64,000 nt of DNA from Candidatus Uhrbacteria bacterium CG10_big_fil_rev_8_21_14_0_10_48_11 (GCA_002793855.1 PFET01000009.1:21749-85748); one strand, 5' to 3'; positions 45,592 through 55,444 are shown, counted from the first letter of the stretch. Numbers and translations: made by a program. The notes: generated from the sequence alone by a model not told the origin.

Positions 45592-46706
45592 ACCTCCACT
45601 GTCGACTGGCGTGAAATATTTGCAACGATACCAATGGCTGCCATAGAAACGGCAAGTGCTGTTCCTCCGTAGCTCACAAACGGCAACGGGAGGCCGGTAA
45701 GCGGCAACAAGCCAAGCATGGCGCCAATGTTAATGATTGATTGCACCAGTAGCCAGAGCATAATCCCAGCACCTAGGTAGCGGCCAAAATCATCTGGCGA
45801 GTGTTCTGCAATTTTAAAACCTCGAATGAACACGTACACCAGTAAACCGATAAAAGCAACCGAGAGCAAAAAACCAAGCTCTTCACCAATGACTGCAAAG
45901 ATAGAATCACCACTTGCTTCAGGCAGGTACTGAAACTTCGCTTGCGAATGTCCGTAGCCTCTCCCCCAAAAACCACCAGAACCAATGGCCAAAAAAGCTT
46001 GATTAATGTGGTAGCCAATGCCTTGCGGATCTAGTTCTGGCTTTAAGAAAATGAGCAAACGGTTAAAACGGTACGGAGCAAGTGCAATTAGCCCACCTAC
46101 TGCAGCTACGCCAGCAACCAGTAGAAGAAAAAAATGCCGAAGTGGAGCACCGGATAAAAAGTACAAAACAACAGTAGCAATAGCAATTACCATCGTTGTT
46201 CCCAGATCTGGTTCAAGAACAATTAAGCCAAGAACGGTACCAAGCAATACAATAAAAGGAAGAAATCCTTCACGTAAACTACCTAGCTTTTGTTGCTTAG
46301 CGGCAAACCACGATGCCAGATAAACAATGAGTCCAAGCTTTGCTAGTTCACTTGGCTGAAAGGTAATACCAGCAAGGCCTATCCATCGACGGGCGCCACC
46401 GTAGATTTGACCGATACCCGGAATGAGCACAACCGCCAACAAAAAAACCGAAACCGAGAATAGCGGCAAGGCAAAACGGCGTATTTTTTTGTAATCAAAA
46501 AAATAAAAAAAAGCAAACCCAATCAGCCCAGGAGTAAGGCCAACTGCCAGCTGTCGCTGTAAGAAATAATACGCATCCCCATAACGACTAATAGCGGTCG
46601 GAGAGCTAGCCGAGGTAAGCATTAGTAAACCGAAGAGAAGTAAAATGCCAACCGCCGCAAGAAACCGATAGTCCGGCACACCTAGCTTTATTCTTTTTTC
46701 AGTCAT
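45588..46706 (-). CDS. ftsW: SEDS-family peptidoglycan glycosyltransferase (FtsW/RodA).
   Basis: It has ten TM helices and SEDS motifs. The start is taken at MTEKRIKLG, to abut the mraY stop. Confidence 0.8.
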   Translation of the reverse strand: MTEKRIKLGVPDYRFLAAVGILLLFGLLMLTSASSPTAISRYGDAYYFLQRQLAVGLTPGLIGFAFFYFFDYKKIRRFALPLFSVSVFLLAVVLIPGIGQIYGGARRWIGLAGITFQPSELAKLGLIVYLASWFAAKQQKLGSLREGFLPFIVLLGTVLGLIVLEPDLGTTMVIAIATVVLYFLSGAPLRHFFLLLVAGVAAVGGLIALAPYRFNRLLIFLKPELDPQGIGYHINQAFLAIGSGGFWGRGYGHSQAKFQYLPEASGDSIFAVIGEELGFLLSVAFIGLLVYVFIRGFKIAEHSPDDFGRYLGAGIMLWLLVQSIINIGAMLGLLPLTGLPLPFVSYGGTALAVSMAAIGIVANISRQSTVEV

Positions 46707-47758
46707 AGTGTTACCCGGTCGATTAGAAAGAAGGCAAGCCCTAACATAGTAACCACTCCAGTAATAACCCAAAAGCGCATCACAATTTTTGGCTCCGTCC
46801 AGCCAATAGCTTCCAAATGATGATGAAACGGTGAGGAGAGTAAAAGTTTATGTTTAAACACTTTTTTAGAAACAGTCTGCGCAATAACCGATGCCGAATC
46901 GATGACCAAAATAAGTCCAAAAAGCGGAAGCAGTAATGCCGTGTTTGTTAGCATTGCCAAAACGCCGACCACAACACCAAGTGACATCGCACCGGTATCG
47001 CCCAAGAAAAAACGTGCAGGATGGATGTTGAACCAGAGAAATGCCAGTAATGCACCGGCGAGCACCGCAATAAATGCGGCGAGATCGTAACGGTCTTGAG
47101 CGAAACTTATGACGGCATAGGCGGCAAGAATAATAAGTAGCACCCCACCAGCAAGACCATCCAAACCGTCAGCCTCGTTAACCGAAAAGGCAGTTGAAAA
47201 GATAACGATAAAAAACACTACTAGGTACCACCAGCCTATGGTGATGTCCCCCATAAGCGGTATATGAATAGTGTCCCATCCTAGTTTGAAGTAAAACCAC
47301 CATCCGCCGATTGCAGCGATAATGGCATAGAGGAACAGACGATGTTTTACCGTTAACCCTCCACTCTTAGCGCCGACTCCCCAAACGTTAAGTAGGTCAT
47401 CGACAAAGCCAACCAACGCTGCTGCTAAGAGTACAGCAAGTGGCAACCACGTTTCAGCTCTAGTAAGAAAATTGAGCGCACCAAATTGTTCTGGAAAAAA
47501 AGCAGCAAGCGCCCAGAAAAAAAGAGTGATAAAAGCGGTTGTTAGCCATACCAAAATACCCCCCATAGTAGGAGTACCCTGCTTATGCAAGTGCAGCTTA
47601 GAAAAAATTGGCGTGTCCCCGCTTGATCGCACATTCTTTTTAAGCTTGAACCGATACAAGAGGTTTGTCAGAAACGGCGTCCATGCCATAGCAAGCGCGA
47701 AGGATAGCACCGCTAAAAGAAGCATCCGTAATATTGCAAAAAGTGCAACGGTGGACAT
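46703..47758 (-). CDS. mraY: Phospho-N-acetylmuramoyl-pentapeptide transferase.
   Basis: The MraY/WecA polyprenyl-phosphate transferase family is recognisable by the DD..DGLDGL region (NEADGLDGLAGG). Confidence 0.85.
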   Translation of the reverse strand: MSTVALFAILRMLLLAVLSFALAMAWTPFLTNLLYRFKLKKNVRSSGDTPIFSKLHLHKQGTPTMGGILVWLTTAFITLFFWALAAFFPEQFGALNFLTRAETWLPLAVLLAAALVGFVDDLLNVWGVGAKSGGLTVKHRLFLYAIIAAIGGWWFYFKLGWDTIHIPLMGDITIGWWYLVVFFIVIFSTAFSVNEADGLDGLAGGVLLIILAAYAVISFAQDRYDLAAFIAVLAGALLAFLWFNIHPARFFLGDTGAMSLGVVVGVLAMLTNTALLLPLFGLILVIDSASVIAQTVSKKVFKHKLLLSSPFHHHLEAIGWTEPKIVMRFWVITGVVTMLGLAFFLIDRVTL

Positions 47759-47760
47759 GA

Positions 47761-48126
47761 CTAGTAGTTTACGTACACCGTCAATACGCTGGCAACGAGA
47801 ACGAGAAGCATAACCGCCACTGTTCCCGTTGCCAAAAAGTAGCTTGTTACTTTATCGCGACGCCAAACAAAAACACCGAGAGTTATGTTGATAAGTAGCA
47901 ACGCCAGTGCTGCAGCCGGTAATAACATTGCCGTTTGCCAACTGCCCAAAAAATCAATTCCAAAATAAACGTTGTAATGCAATGAAAGTGCATCTTCTCT
48001 TGGTAAAAAGCGGTAGAAAGCAGCGGCTGAGAGCGCACAAAAGGCAAAGCTCAGCCCGTAGGCATAGCGATTGGTACGGTCACGAAAAAAGACGCCAATC
48101 TGCGCCAAGTACGGTAATCTTATCAT
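47761..48126 (-). CDS. Small (121 aa) 3-TM membrane protein immediately upstream of mraY.
   Basis: Hydrophobicity pattern only. It sits 3 nt from the mraY start. Confidence 0.4.
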   Translation of the reverse strand: MIRLPYLAQIGVFFRDRTNRYAYGLSFAFCALSAAAFYRFLPREDALSLHYNVYFGIDFLGSWQTAMLLPAAALALLLINITLGVFVWRRDKVTSYFLATGTVAVMLLVLVASVLTVYVNY

Positions 48127-48339
48127 AGAACCATCCTACCACACCGCGCCATTGAAACAAGCAGTCAGACCAGAATCGTTTGCATTTTGGCAACTGCCCG
48201 CTACAATGAAACAACGTGCTATGAACACAACATCATTTGTCGCAGCAAATGCATTCATCGTTCGCGAGGGCAAAGCACTGGCGAGCCACAAGCGAATTAT
48301 ATTTGAAACCTACCGCAAACAGCGGCATAGTTACGTCTA

Positions 48340-49287
48340 ATGTTTACTTTGCTACTCCTCGTTGTCGGTTTCGCGCTCTTGATTAAAGGTGCAGACGTAC
48401 TTGTCGAGGGAGCCTCTTCCTTAGCGAGGCGCTTACATATTTCTCCTCTTGTGGTTGGCCTTACTGTTGTTGCCTTTGGTACGTCGGCACCAGAACTGGT
48501 AGTCAACATCATTGCCAACCTTCAAGGAGAATCTGCCCTTGCCATTGGAAACATCATCGGTAGCAATATTGCAAACATCTTACTTATTCTTGGTGTTGCC
48601 GGAATGATTCGACCACTCAGCGTTACCCGCAACACCGTTTGGCGCGAAATCCCCTTTTCACTACTGGCTATGCTCGTCTTGGCGGCGCTCGCCAACGACG
48701 CCCTTATTGACGGCGCTGGTGTTTCGGTCCTGAGCCGCATTGACGGGTTGGTGCTGCTTGCGTTCTTTCTCGTCTTTTTAAGTTACTCATTTAGCAAAAG
48801 TAAACCTGTTACCACCGATCTGCGAGAAGAGCGACTTCCGTCTGTTTTGCGGTCGACTATGTACATTACGCTTGGCATTCTGGGGCTGGCGCTCGGTGGT
48901 AAACTCGTAGTTGATAGTGCAACAACTATAGCGATTATGCTTGGCTTATCACAAACTTTTATTGGGCTTACCTTGGTAGCTCTCGGCACATCGCTTCCCG
49001 AGCTTGCCACAACCATTGTAGCTGCTCACAAACGAAAAACTGACATCGCTATAGGAAACATCGTCGGTTCAAATATCTTCAACGTATTCTGGATTCTGGG
49101 GCTTAGTGCCATTATTCATCCTATTAGCTACACTATGATCTTAAACCGTGACGTAGGTGTTGCGGTGTTGGCCAGTGTCCTACTAATGAGCTTTGTTCTA
49201 GGTAATGGTCGTAGTCTACAACGCGGCCAAGGGTTCGTTCTTGTTCTCTTCTATATTGTCTATCTCGTTACGCTTACCTTAAGCTAG
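48340..49287 (+). CDS. CaCA-family sodium/calcium exchanger (YrbG-like).
   Basis: Two alpha-repeat motifs are present, GTSAPELVVNI and GTSLPELATTI. Confidence 0.8.
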   Translation: MFTLLLLVVGFALLIKGADVLVEGASSLARRLHISPLVVGLTVVAFGTSAPELVVNIIANLQGESALAIGNIIGSNIANILLILGVAGMIRPLSVTRNTVWREIPFSLLAMLVLAALANDALIDGAGVSVLSRIDGLVLLAFFLVFLSYSFSKSKPVTTDLREERLPSVLRSTMYITLGILGLALGGKLVVDSATTIAIMLGLSQTFIGLTLVALGTSLPELATTIVAAHKRKTDIAIGNIVGSNIFNVFWILGLSAIIHPISYTMILNRDVGVAVLASVLLMSFVLGNGRSLQRGQGFVLVLFYIVYLVTLTLS

Positions 49288-49323
49288 CACTTGGCAGTTT
49301 TTCTTCCGTACTGTCAAAAAAAA

Positions 49324-49332
49324 TGGTATAGT
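49324..49332 (+). promoter_or_regulatory. Extended -10 element (TGgTATAGT) ending 6 nt before the pilB ATG. This suggests a leaderless pilB transcript.
   Basis: TGGTATAGT lies at 49324-49332 and the ATG at 49339. No Shine-Dalgarno sequence is visible. Confidence 0.3.
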
Positions 49333-49338
49333 AAAACT

Positions 49339-51090
49339 ATGTTTACCGACAAACAGCTGGTAAAAATTATTGATTCCAGTGGCATTTTTTCTGCTCCAGA
49401 TATTAAAAAGTACCAAGGCGAAGCAGACGCTAAAAGACAACCGTTGGAAAATTTCCTACTCGGTAAGCGCCTAATTTCTGAAGATAGCCTTTACGAAAAT
49501 GCTGCCGGCGTATACAGTGTTCCCTTTATAAAACTTAGAGGTAAGCCAATTAGAAAGGACGTTCTCTTCTTGGTACCAGAACCACTTGCCAAACACTACC
49601 AAATCATTGCCTACGATACCGAAGGTGACGATACCATCAAAGTAGTAAGCACTGACCCTGAAAATTTGCAGGCCGTTGAGTTTTTACGCAAAAAAACGGC
49701 CAAAAAGATAGAGCTCTCTTTGACCACTCCTGACGAGTGGCAAGAGCTAATGAAGCAGTACCACAAAAGTCTCCAGGCTGAGTTTAGTGAGCTATCAGCA
49801 AAACCAGGGAAAAAATCTACCACCAAGGCTGGCTCGAAGAAGATTGATAAGGACCTAAAAGAACTTGCCGAAGATCTTCCCGTTATTGGGGTTGTCGATA
49901 CGATTCTGGAGTACGCCATATTTGAAGGCGCGTCGGACATTCACATTGAGCCCACTGAAAAAGATCTTAACGTCCGCTATCGAATTGATGGTGTCTTGAA
50001 GAATGTCATGAACCTTCCCAAAACAATCCAACCCGGCGTGACTGCTCGTATCAAGGTACTCTCTACGCTGAAGCTAGACGAACATCGCCTCCCACAGGAT
50101 GGTCGTTTTAAGATTGAAACGGAAGAATACAGAGTTGCGTTTCGTGTTTCTGTTTTGCCAACATTTGATGGGGAAAAAATTGTATTGCGTCTTCTCGATG
50201 AAGGTAGCCAAATACTGACTCTCGCTCAGCTCGGACTACAACCCAAAGAGCTTGATCTGCTACAGATAAACATAACGAAGCCGCACGGTATGATTCTGGT
50301 TACCGGCCCTACAGGTTCCGGAAAGACGACGACACTCTACACAGTTCTTAACGTGCTGAACAAACCAGAGGTTAACATTTCTACCGTAGAAGATCCCATC
50401 GAGTACCGTATGCAGGGCATTAACCAAAGTCAGGTAAACCCAAAAATAGGTTATACCTTCGCTATGGGCCTACGTGCGTTACTGCGTCAAGACCCAAACA
50501 TTATCATGGTTGGAGAAATTCGAGATTTAGAAACTGCTGAAATCGCCGTCAATGCCGCAATGACCGGTCACCTTCTCCTTTCTACACTGCACACCAATGA
50601 CGCCGTCACGGCAATACCTCGCTTGTTTGATATGGGCATCCCGCCATTCTTGGTGGCCTCCACTACAAATATGGTCATGGCGCAACGATTGGTCCGTCGC
50701 ATCTGTAGCCTCTGCATTTCAAGTTATACGCTAGACAAGGCAGCACTAGATGAACTTAAAAAACAATTCGATCTAGGAGCGATTCTCAATGCATTGGTTC
50801 GTCATGGCAGTGTCGCGAAAAAAACAAAATCTTTTGGTGATCTACTTTTTTACCGAGGTAAAGGTTGTAAACAGTGCGGTGATGACGGCTATCGCGGCCG
50901 CGTTGGCGTCTATGAAATATTAAATATCAGCAAAGAAGTAAATGATGCTATTCTACGAAAAGCGAGCCGTGAAGAGCTCGTAGAGCTTGCCAGAAAACAA
51001 GGAATGACAACTCTCCTTGAGGACGGCTTCCTTAAGGCAAAGGCTGGTATAACCACCATAGAAGAGGTGCTCAGGGTAACCCAAGAATAG
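49339..51090 (+). CDS. pilB: Type IV pilus assembly ATPase (GspE/PilB family).
   Basis: It has a T2SSE N-terminal domain, a GPTGSGKTTT Walker A, Asp and His boxes, and a tetracysteine motif (CSLC...CKQCG). The ORF-track alternative start is the TTG at 49291. Confidence 0.85.
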   Translation: MFTDKQLVKIIDSSGIFSAPDIKKYQGEADAKRQPLENFLLGKRLISEDSLYENAAGVYSVPFIKLRGKPIRKDVLFLVPEPLAKHYQIIAYDTEGDDTIKVVSTDPENLQAVEFLRKKTAKKIELSLTTPDEWQELMKQYHKSLQAEFSELSAKPGKKSTTKAGSKKIDKDLKELAEDLPVIGVVDTILEYAIFEGASDIHIEPTEKDLNVRYRIDGVLKNVMNLPKTIQPGVTARIKVLSTLKLDEHRLPQDGRFKIETEEYRVAFRVSVLPTFDGEKIVLRLLDEGSQILTLAQLGLQPKELDLLQINITKPHGMILVTGPTGSGKTTTLYTVLNVLNKPEVNISTVEDPIEYRMQGINQSQVNPKIGYTFAMGLRALLRQDPNIIMVGEIRDLETAEIAVNAAMTGHLLLSTLHTNDAVTAIPRLFDMGIPPFLVASTTNMVMAQRLVRRICSLCISSYTLDKAALDELKKQFDLGAILNALVRHGSVAKKTKSFGDLLFYRGKGCKQCGDDGYRGRVGVYEILNISKEVNDAILRKASREELVELARKQGMTTLLEDGFLKAKAGITTIEEVLRVTQE

Positions 51091-51091
51091 T

Positions 51092-52213
51092 ATGGCAATA
51101 ACCTACGTAGACGAAAAAACCAACGAGGTTGCTGCGACCCCTGCAACGGAAAAACGATCCCGAAAAATGCCATGGGAAAGCTTGAGCACCAAGCAGGTAC
51201 TATTTTTGACACAACAGTTGCAAATTATGATGCATGCCGGTGTCCCACTAACAAAGACACTTGAAACGTTAAAAGCACAAGCAACTACAAAGTACCTACG
51301 GACACTACTTGAAAGAATAGAGGCTGACGTCGAGCAAGGGAAATCGTTGGCCGATGCCTTGCGTCCTTACGAAAAAGATTTCGGAGAGCTCATGATTAAT
51401 ATGATTGCTGCCGGTGAAGCCAGTGGTCGACTCGACGAAGTACTCGAGCAGCTCTATCTCCAAATGAAAAAAGATAATGAAATTGTTTCGCGCGTGCGTG
51501 GTGCCCTCATTTATCCAGCAATCGTAGTAGCCGCAATGTTTGGTATTGGTACTTTTATGATTGTCTTTGTTGTACCGAAACTTATTGGACTTTTTCAAGA
51601 AGTAAAAGTATCGCTTCCTTTACCGACTCGTATCCTTATTGCCATGAGCGATTTTTTTACCCACCATGGCTTCATCGCGGCCACTTCAATTACAGCTTTT
51701 ATTTTATTGTTTGCGTGGACCATTAGACAACCTTGGGGTAAAAAAGTATGGCACACCATACTACTCCACTCCCCTGTCATAGGAGCAATTATTAAAAAGG
51801 TAAATGTGGCACGTTTCGCAAGGACAGTTAGTTCTTTTTTAAAAACAGATATCCCTGTCGTAAAAACATTAGAAACAACGGCGCACGTCTTGGGAAATGT
51901 TCACTATCAAAATGCTCTTATTGATGCCTCTCAAAAAATAACTAAAGGCATTACCTTGGGAGAAGCACTGCGGCCACATAAAAATCTTTTTAACCCAACT
52001 ATTTTGCAAATGATCTCTGTTGGTGAGCAGGCCGGTAAGCTTGATGATATGCTTGCTGAGGCGGCAAATTTTTACGAAGCAGAAGTGAACCAAACCATGG
52101 AAACGCTTCCTTCGTTGCTCGAACCGATTTTGATGATTTTACTTGGTTTTGGTGTAGGTGGTATGGCGGTAGCCATTATTCTACCTCTGTACACGTTGAC
52201 ACAGGCATTTTAG
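51092..52213 (+). CDS. pilC: Type IV pilus inner-membrane platform protein (GspF/PilC family).
   Basis: Two T2SSF repeats and three TM helices. It abuts pilB. Confidence 0.85.
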   Translation: MAITYVDEKTNEVAATPATEKRSRKMPWESLSTKQVLFLTQQLQIMMHAGVPLTKTLETLKAQATTKYLRTLLERIEADVEQGKSLADALRPYEKDFGELMINMIAAGEASGRLDEVLEQLYLQMKKDNEIVSRVRGALIYPAIVVAAMFGIGTFMIVFVVPKLIGLFQEVKVSLPLPTRILIAMSDFFTHHGFIAATSITAFILLFAWTIRQPWGKKVWHTILLHSPVIGAIIKKVNVARFARTVSSFLKTDIPVVKTLETTAHVLGNVHYQNALIDASQKITKGITLGEALRPHKNLFNPTILQMISVGEQAGKLDDMLAEAANFYEAEVNQTMETLPSLLEPILMILLGFGVGGMAVAIILPLYTLTQAF

Positions 52214-52217
52214 CTAT

Positions 52218-53285
52218 ATGGATTTTTCATTTTCTCTACGAAGCCCAAGACCTCCCTCTGCTTTCGGTCTTGATCTTTCAGACGATACTCTAAAAATTGC
52301 CCAGCTACGTTACCACGGTAAAAAAATTACCGTCGACGTACTAATAGAGAAACGGCTACCCGCAAAAGCAATTGTAGACGGTGAAATAAAAAATATTGAT
52401 GCAGTAAGCGAGGCACTAGCTACTGTTTATGGTGAGCAACGACATAAGCTTATTTCTAGTGCCATTATCGCCCTTCCTGAGGCGCAAACCTTTATTACCA
52501 CTATTACGGTTCCCAAAAAGGGCAATACTGCCTTAAAGCAACTGTTGCAAGAAGCCCTGCCGGAATATCTACCCGACAGTGTTGATAAACTTTATATTGA
52601 CACGCAGACTTTGTCCGAGAACGACACGAGCTGGATTGTACTTGTTGGCGCAGCACCACAAATTTTAGTTGAACCATACTTAGCTATTGCGGAACGTGCT
52701 GGCGTGTCGCCTCTCGTTCTTGATATTGAGCCAATTGCAACGGCAAATGCACTTATCCCCCACGCAGAAACGACGCCCAAAACAAGAGCAATAATAAACC
52801 TAGGACAACGCCGAGGAAATCTTATCCTGCACAGCTCCGGTTCTGTTCTTTTCACTGCTAGCCTCCCTATTTCAGGGGAAGCTGTTACCGAAGAATTAAA
52901 GGAACAACTTAAAATCACGAAAGAGCAAGCAGAAAAAACAAAGCGCTTATGCGGGTTAGACCCTAAAAAATGTGAGGGCGTGCTTCGGCAGGTGCTTGAA
53001 CGCATGGTTCAACAGCTGCTTGAACGCATCGGAGAGAACCAAAAATACTACCGAGACCACTTTGCTGCAGCAACCAAAATTGAGGAAATTATTCTTGCGG
53101 GTGGTGGCGCGCACCTCATCGGGCTTGATACAGTGCTCTCGGATGCCTTGGGTATTCCTGTACGATTAGGTACACTATGGGAAAATGTATCAGTTGAGAC
53201 ACCTCCGGAACTTGAATCAGAGCTTCGCTATGCAACAGTAGTTGGACTAGCAGAAAGAGCTCTCAACGACGAAGCAACGCTATGA
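52218..53285 (+). CDS. pilM: Type IV pilus assembly protein PilM (actin-like ATPase fold).
   Basis: FtsA/PilM-like sequence in its operon position. Confidence 0.8.
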   Translation: MDFSFSLRSPRPPSAFGLDLSDDTLKIAQLRYHGKKITVDVLIEKRLPAKAIVDGEIKNIDAVSEALATVYGEQRHKLISSAIIALPEAQTFITTITVPKKGNTALKQLLQEALPEYLPDSVDKLYIDTQTLSENDTSWIVLVGAAPQILVEPYLAIAERAGVSPLVLDIEPIATANALIPHAETTPKTRAIINLGQRRGNLILHSSGSVLFTASLPISGEAVTEELKEQLKITKEQAEKTKRLCGLDPKKCEGVLRQVLERMVQQLLERIGENQKYYRDHFAAATKIEEIILAGGGAHLIGLDTVLSDALGIPVRLGTLWENVSVETPPELESELRYATVVGLAERALNDEATL

Positions 53286-53824
53286 TACTGACCTTAAACC
53301 TCATCCCAGAATCGATAAAGCAAAGGGTTCGAATGCAACGACTCTACGGTATGCTTAAAACTACACTGGTAGTAACAGCTTTATTCGTACTGGTCATGGG
53401 AATCTTCGTGCTTATCGGCAGACTAATTTTACAACAGCAATTTACGCGCATTGTAAACGAAACAACTCTAATAACGGCAAGCAACCGAAAAGTTGAAGGT
53501 GAGATTAGAGACCTTAACGGTAAAGTAATAACTGCCAAAAAAATTATAACCAGTACAAACCCCTGGGCGGAGTTAGTTTACGAAATAGTATCTATTTTAC
53601 CCAACGAAGTAACCGTACACTCAATTGGTGTTACAGATAAAGGACAAAGTACTATTACTGGTGTCGCTACGACCCGCGACGCGCTTTTGGCATTTAAAGA
53701 TTCTTTAGAAAAATCTCCATTTGCAACTGATATTGCGCTGCCAATTACCGACTTATTGAAACGCGAAGACGCTCCTTTTACCATCACTTTTACAGTAAAA
53801 CTAGATGCGGTTACCAAACGTTAA
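53282..53824 (+). CDS. pilN: PilN-like bitopic membrane protein.
   Basis: One N-terminal TM helix, then a coiled coil and a ferredoxin-like fold region. It overlaps pilM by 4 nt. Confidence 0.6.
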   Translation: MILTLNLIPESIKQRVRMQRLYGMLKTTLVVTALFVLVMGIFVLIGRLILQQQFTRIVNETTLITASNRKVEGEIRDLNGKVITAKKIITSTNPWAELVYEIVSILPNEVTVHSIGVTDKGQSTITGVATTRDALLAFKDSLEKSPFATDIALPITDLLKREDAPFTITFTVKLDAVTKR

Positions 53825-54386
53825 CATTAGTCGACAGCACCTTTGGATGATGGCTTTTGTCACCATTGTGTTTGCGGTGCCGGTTGGCATTATACTACCT
53901 AACGCTCTTCAAATTAAATCTACGGCCAACGCTATATATAGTCAGTACTACTTTCTAGAAGAGCGCAATCGCCTAGGCTACGACATCCGCAAAGCCAGCA
54001 AAGACTACGGCCAAGCGCTTCCTTACATCGATCAACTGGAGTCGCTATCTATTGCTAAAGGAGATGAACTTACTTTCATTACAGCCGTTGAATCTTTGGC
54101 GGATGATTACAAGGTAACGGTTTCACTCAATCTTTCACTTGATAAAGCTACTTCTGAAAGAAACGGGCACCTACCATTCACCTTGCTGGTAAATGGTACC
54201 TTTGCGCATACGATGACCTACCTAGGAGCCCTCAGAACACTTCCGATGACAACCAGCATTACTAAACTTAGCATTGCCAAAAAAACATTTTCTGCTAAAG
54301 ATCGTTCTCTTTCGTCTGCAGACTTGATTTCTGCCACGCTAGAAGGTTTTGTCTATCGTACAACAGTTGCTACTACCGCAAAGTAA
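53805..54386 (+). CDS. PilO-like bitopic membrane protein.
   Basis: One N-terminal TM helix, about 190 aa, following pilN. Confidence 0.45.
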   Translation: MRLPNVNISRQHLWMMAFVTIVFAVPVGIILPNALQIKSTANAIYSQYYFLEERNRLGYDIRKASKDYGQALPYIDQLESLSIAKGDELTFITAVESLADDYKVTVSLNLSLDKATSERNGHLPFTLLVNGTFAHTMTYLGALRTLPMTTSITKLSIAKKTFSAKDRSLSSADLISATLEGFVYRTTVATTAK

Positions 54387-54393
54387 TAACCAT

Positions 54394-54744
54394 ATGAAAT
54401 TACCAATAAATTACATTATTAAATACAGTAGAGTTGCTATCGGTATGGCTATGATGGCAATATTTGCCGGCGTCGTTTGGTTCCTTTACCAAAATGTCTA
54501 CCAGCCACTAACGCAAGCGACTTTTCTTGCAGAGCTTGAGTCGCGTGTTGCCCTCGTTGGAGTCAATAAGAATGACCTAAAAGAAGTGTTAGAGACCATA
54601 AAAACAAACGCTCACCCTCCCGAGATTGACTGGACACAAACGAGAAATCCCTTTATTGAAGGGCAAATTCTAAATACCGATACTTCCTCGCAGTTAGGAG
54701 GAACAACACTACCAACCGAGGCACCTCTGCCTAAGCAGCCTTGA
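54394..54744 (+). CDS. Small bitopic membrane protein in the PilP position.
   Basis: One TM helix and a Thr/Pro-rich C-terminus. The start is taken at MKLPINY. Confidence 0.35.
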   Translation: MKLPINYIIKYSRVAIGMAMMAIFAGVVWFLYQNVYQPLTQATFLAELESRVALVGVNKNDLKEVLETIKTNAHPPEIDWTQTRNPFIEGQILNTDTSSQLGGTTLPTEAPLPKQP

Positions 54745-54803
54745 CCGAAAAACATAATATTGCTATAGTCATCGCTACGTAATTCATTTACCCTTAGTCC
54801 TGT

Positions 54804-55085
54804 ATGGCCCATAAAAAAGCTGGTGGATCTACCTCCCTTGGACGGGATTCCCACGGACAACGCCTCGGCGTTAAAGTACCTGACGGTAAGCTCGCCACCG
54901 CCGGCAGTTTTATCATACGACAACGTGGCACTCATATTCGACCTGGTAAAAACGTCGGTCGCGGTGGAGATGACAGTCTGTTTGCAAAAGTAAACGGCAT
55001 TGTTAAATTTTCTGCCAAGAAAGTGCGCACTTACACCGGTCATATCAAGCGTGTTGGTTTTGTGCGCGTTGACGAACAAGCGTAG
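54804..55085 (+). CDS. rpmA: Ribosomal protein L27.
   Basis: [24 protein letters not shown]. Confidence 0.9.
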   Translation: MAHKKAGGSTSLGRDSHGQRLGVKVPDGKLATAGSFIIRQRGTHIRPGKNVGRGGDDSLFAKVNGIVKFSAKKVRTYTGHIKRVGFVRVDEQA

Positions 55086-55110
55086 GACAAAACCTTTCTG
55101 TTTAGCAACT

Positions 55111-55137
55111 AAAAAAAGCCCCGTACGGGGCTTTTTT
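55111..55137. terminator. Bidirectional rho-independent terminator.
   Basis: AAAAAAA AGCCCCG TAC GGGGCT TTTTTT. It forms a perfect 7-bp GC-rich stem flanked by an A-tract and a T-tract. Confidence 0.75.
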
Positions 55138-55161
55138 AGTATGGCATTTCGCCTTGCTGAC

Positions 55162-55347
55162 TTAGGTATGCTCTTCGCTTTCGATATGGGCATTAAGCTT
55201 AACTACAAGGATTTCGTCCCAGCTTGCTGCTTCGTCCAAGCCGGCACTCCTCGCTGCCTCATAAGGTAGAGTGTTTGCCTGCTCATTTTTTTGCTGCTTA
55301 ATAGCATCGAGGGTGGTTCCTTTAGGCAATCCAAGCGTCTCTACCAA
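55162..55347 (-). CDS. Possible small protein (61 aa) between pyrG and the terminator.
   Basis: It is an open frame with an ATG, but I see no recognisable motif. It sits between a strong terminator and the pyrG 3' end. Confidence 0.25.
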   Translation of the reverse strand: MVETLGLPKGTTLDAIKQQKNEQANTLPYEAARSAGLDEAASWDEILVVKLNAHIESEEHT

Positions 55348-55444
55348 AATTTCGCAACTAGCACCTCGCGCGGATTCTACTCCGCCTCTTGCTCTCCTAC
55401 ATTTTCGTGTGTTTCCCGCATATGCTATAGCAGAATTTTAATAG

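Noticed and set aside
48127-48339. Possible sigma-54-like or sigma-70 promoter (TTGGCA...TACAAT) upstream of the CaCA gene.
   Set aside because: The spacing between the hexamers is 9 nt, which fits neither sigma-70 (17 +/- 1) nor sigma-54 (-24/-12) geometry.
48071-48340. 89-aa plus-strand ORF upstream of the CaCA exchanger gene.
   Set aside because: It overlaps the start region of the minus-strand membrane gene, has no motif, and its start is an alternative codon. It is more likely part of the intergenic promoter region.
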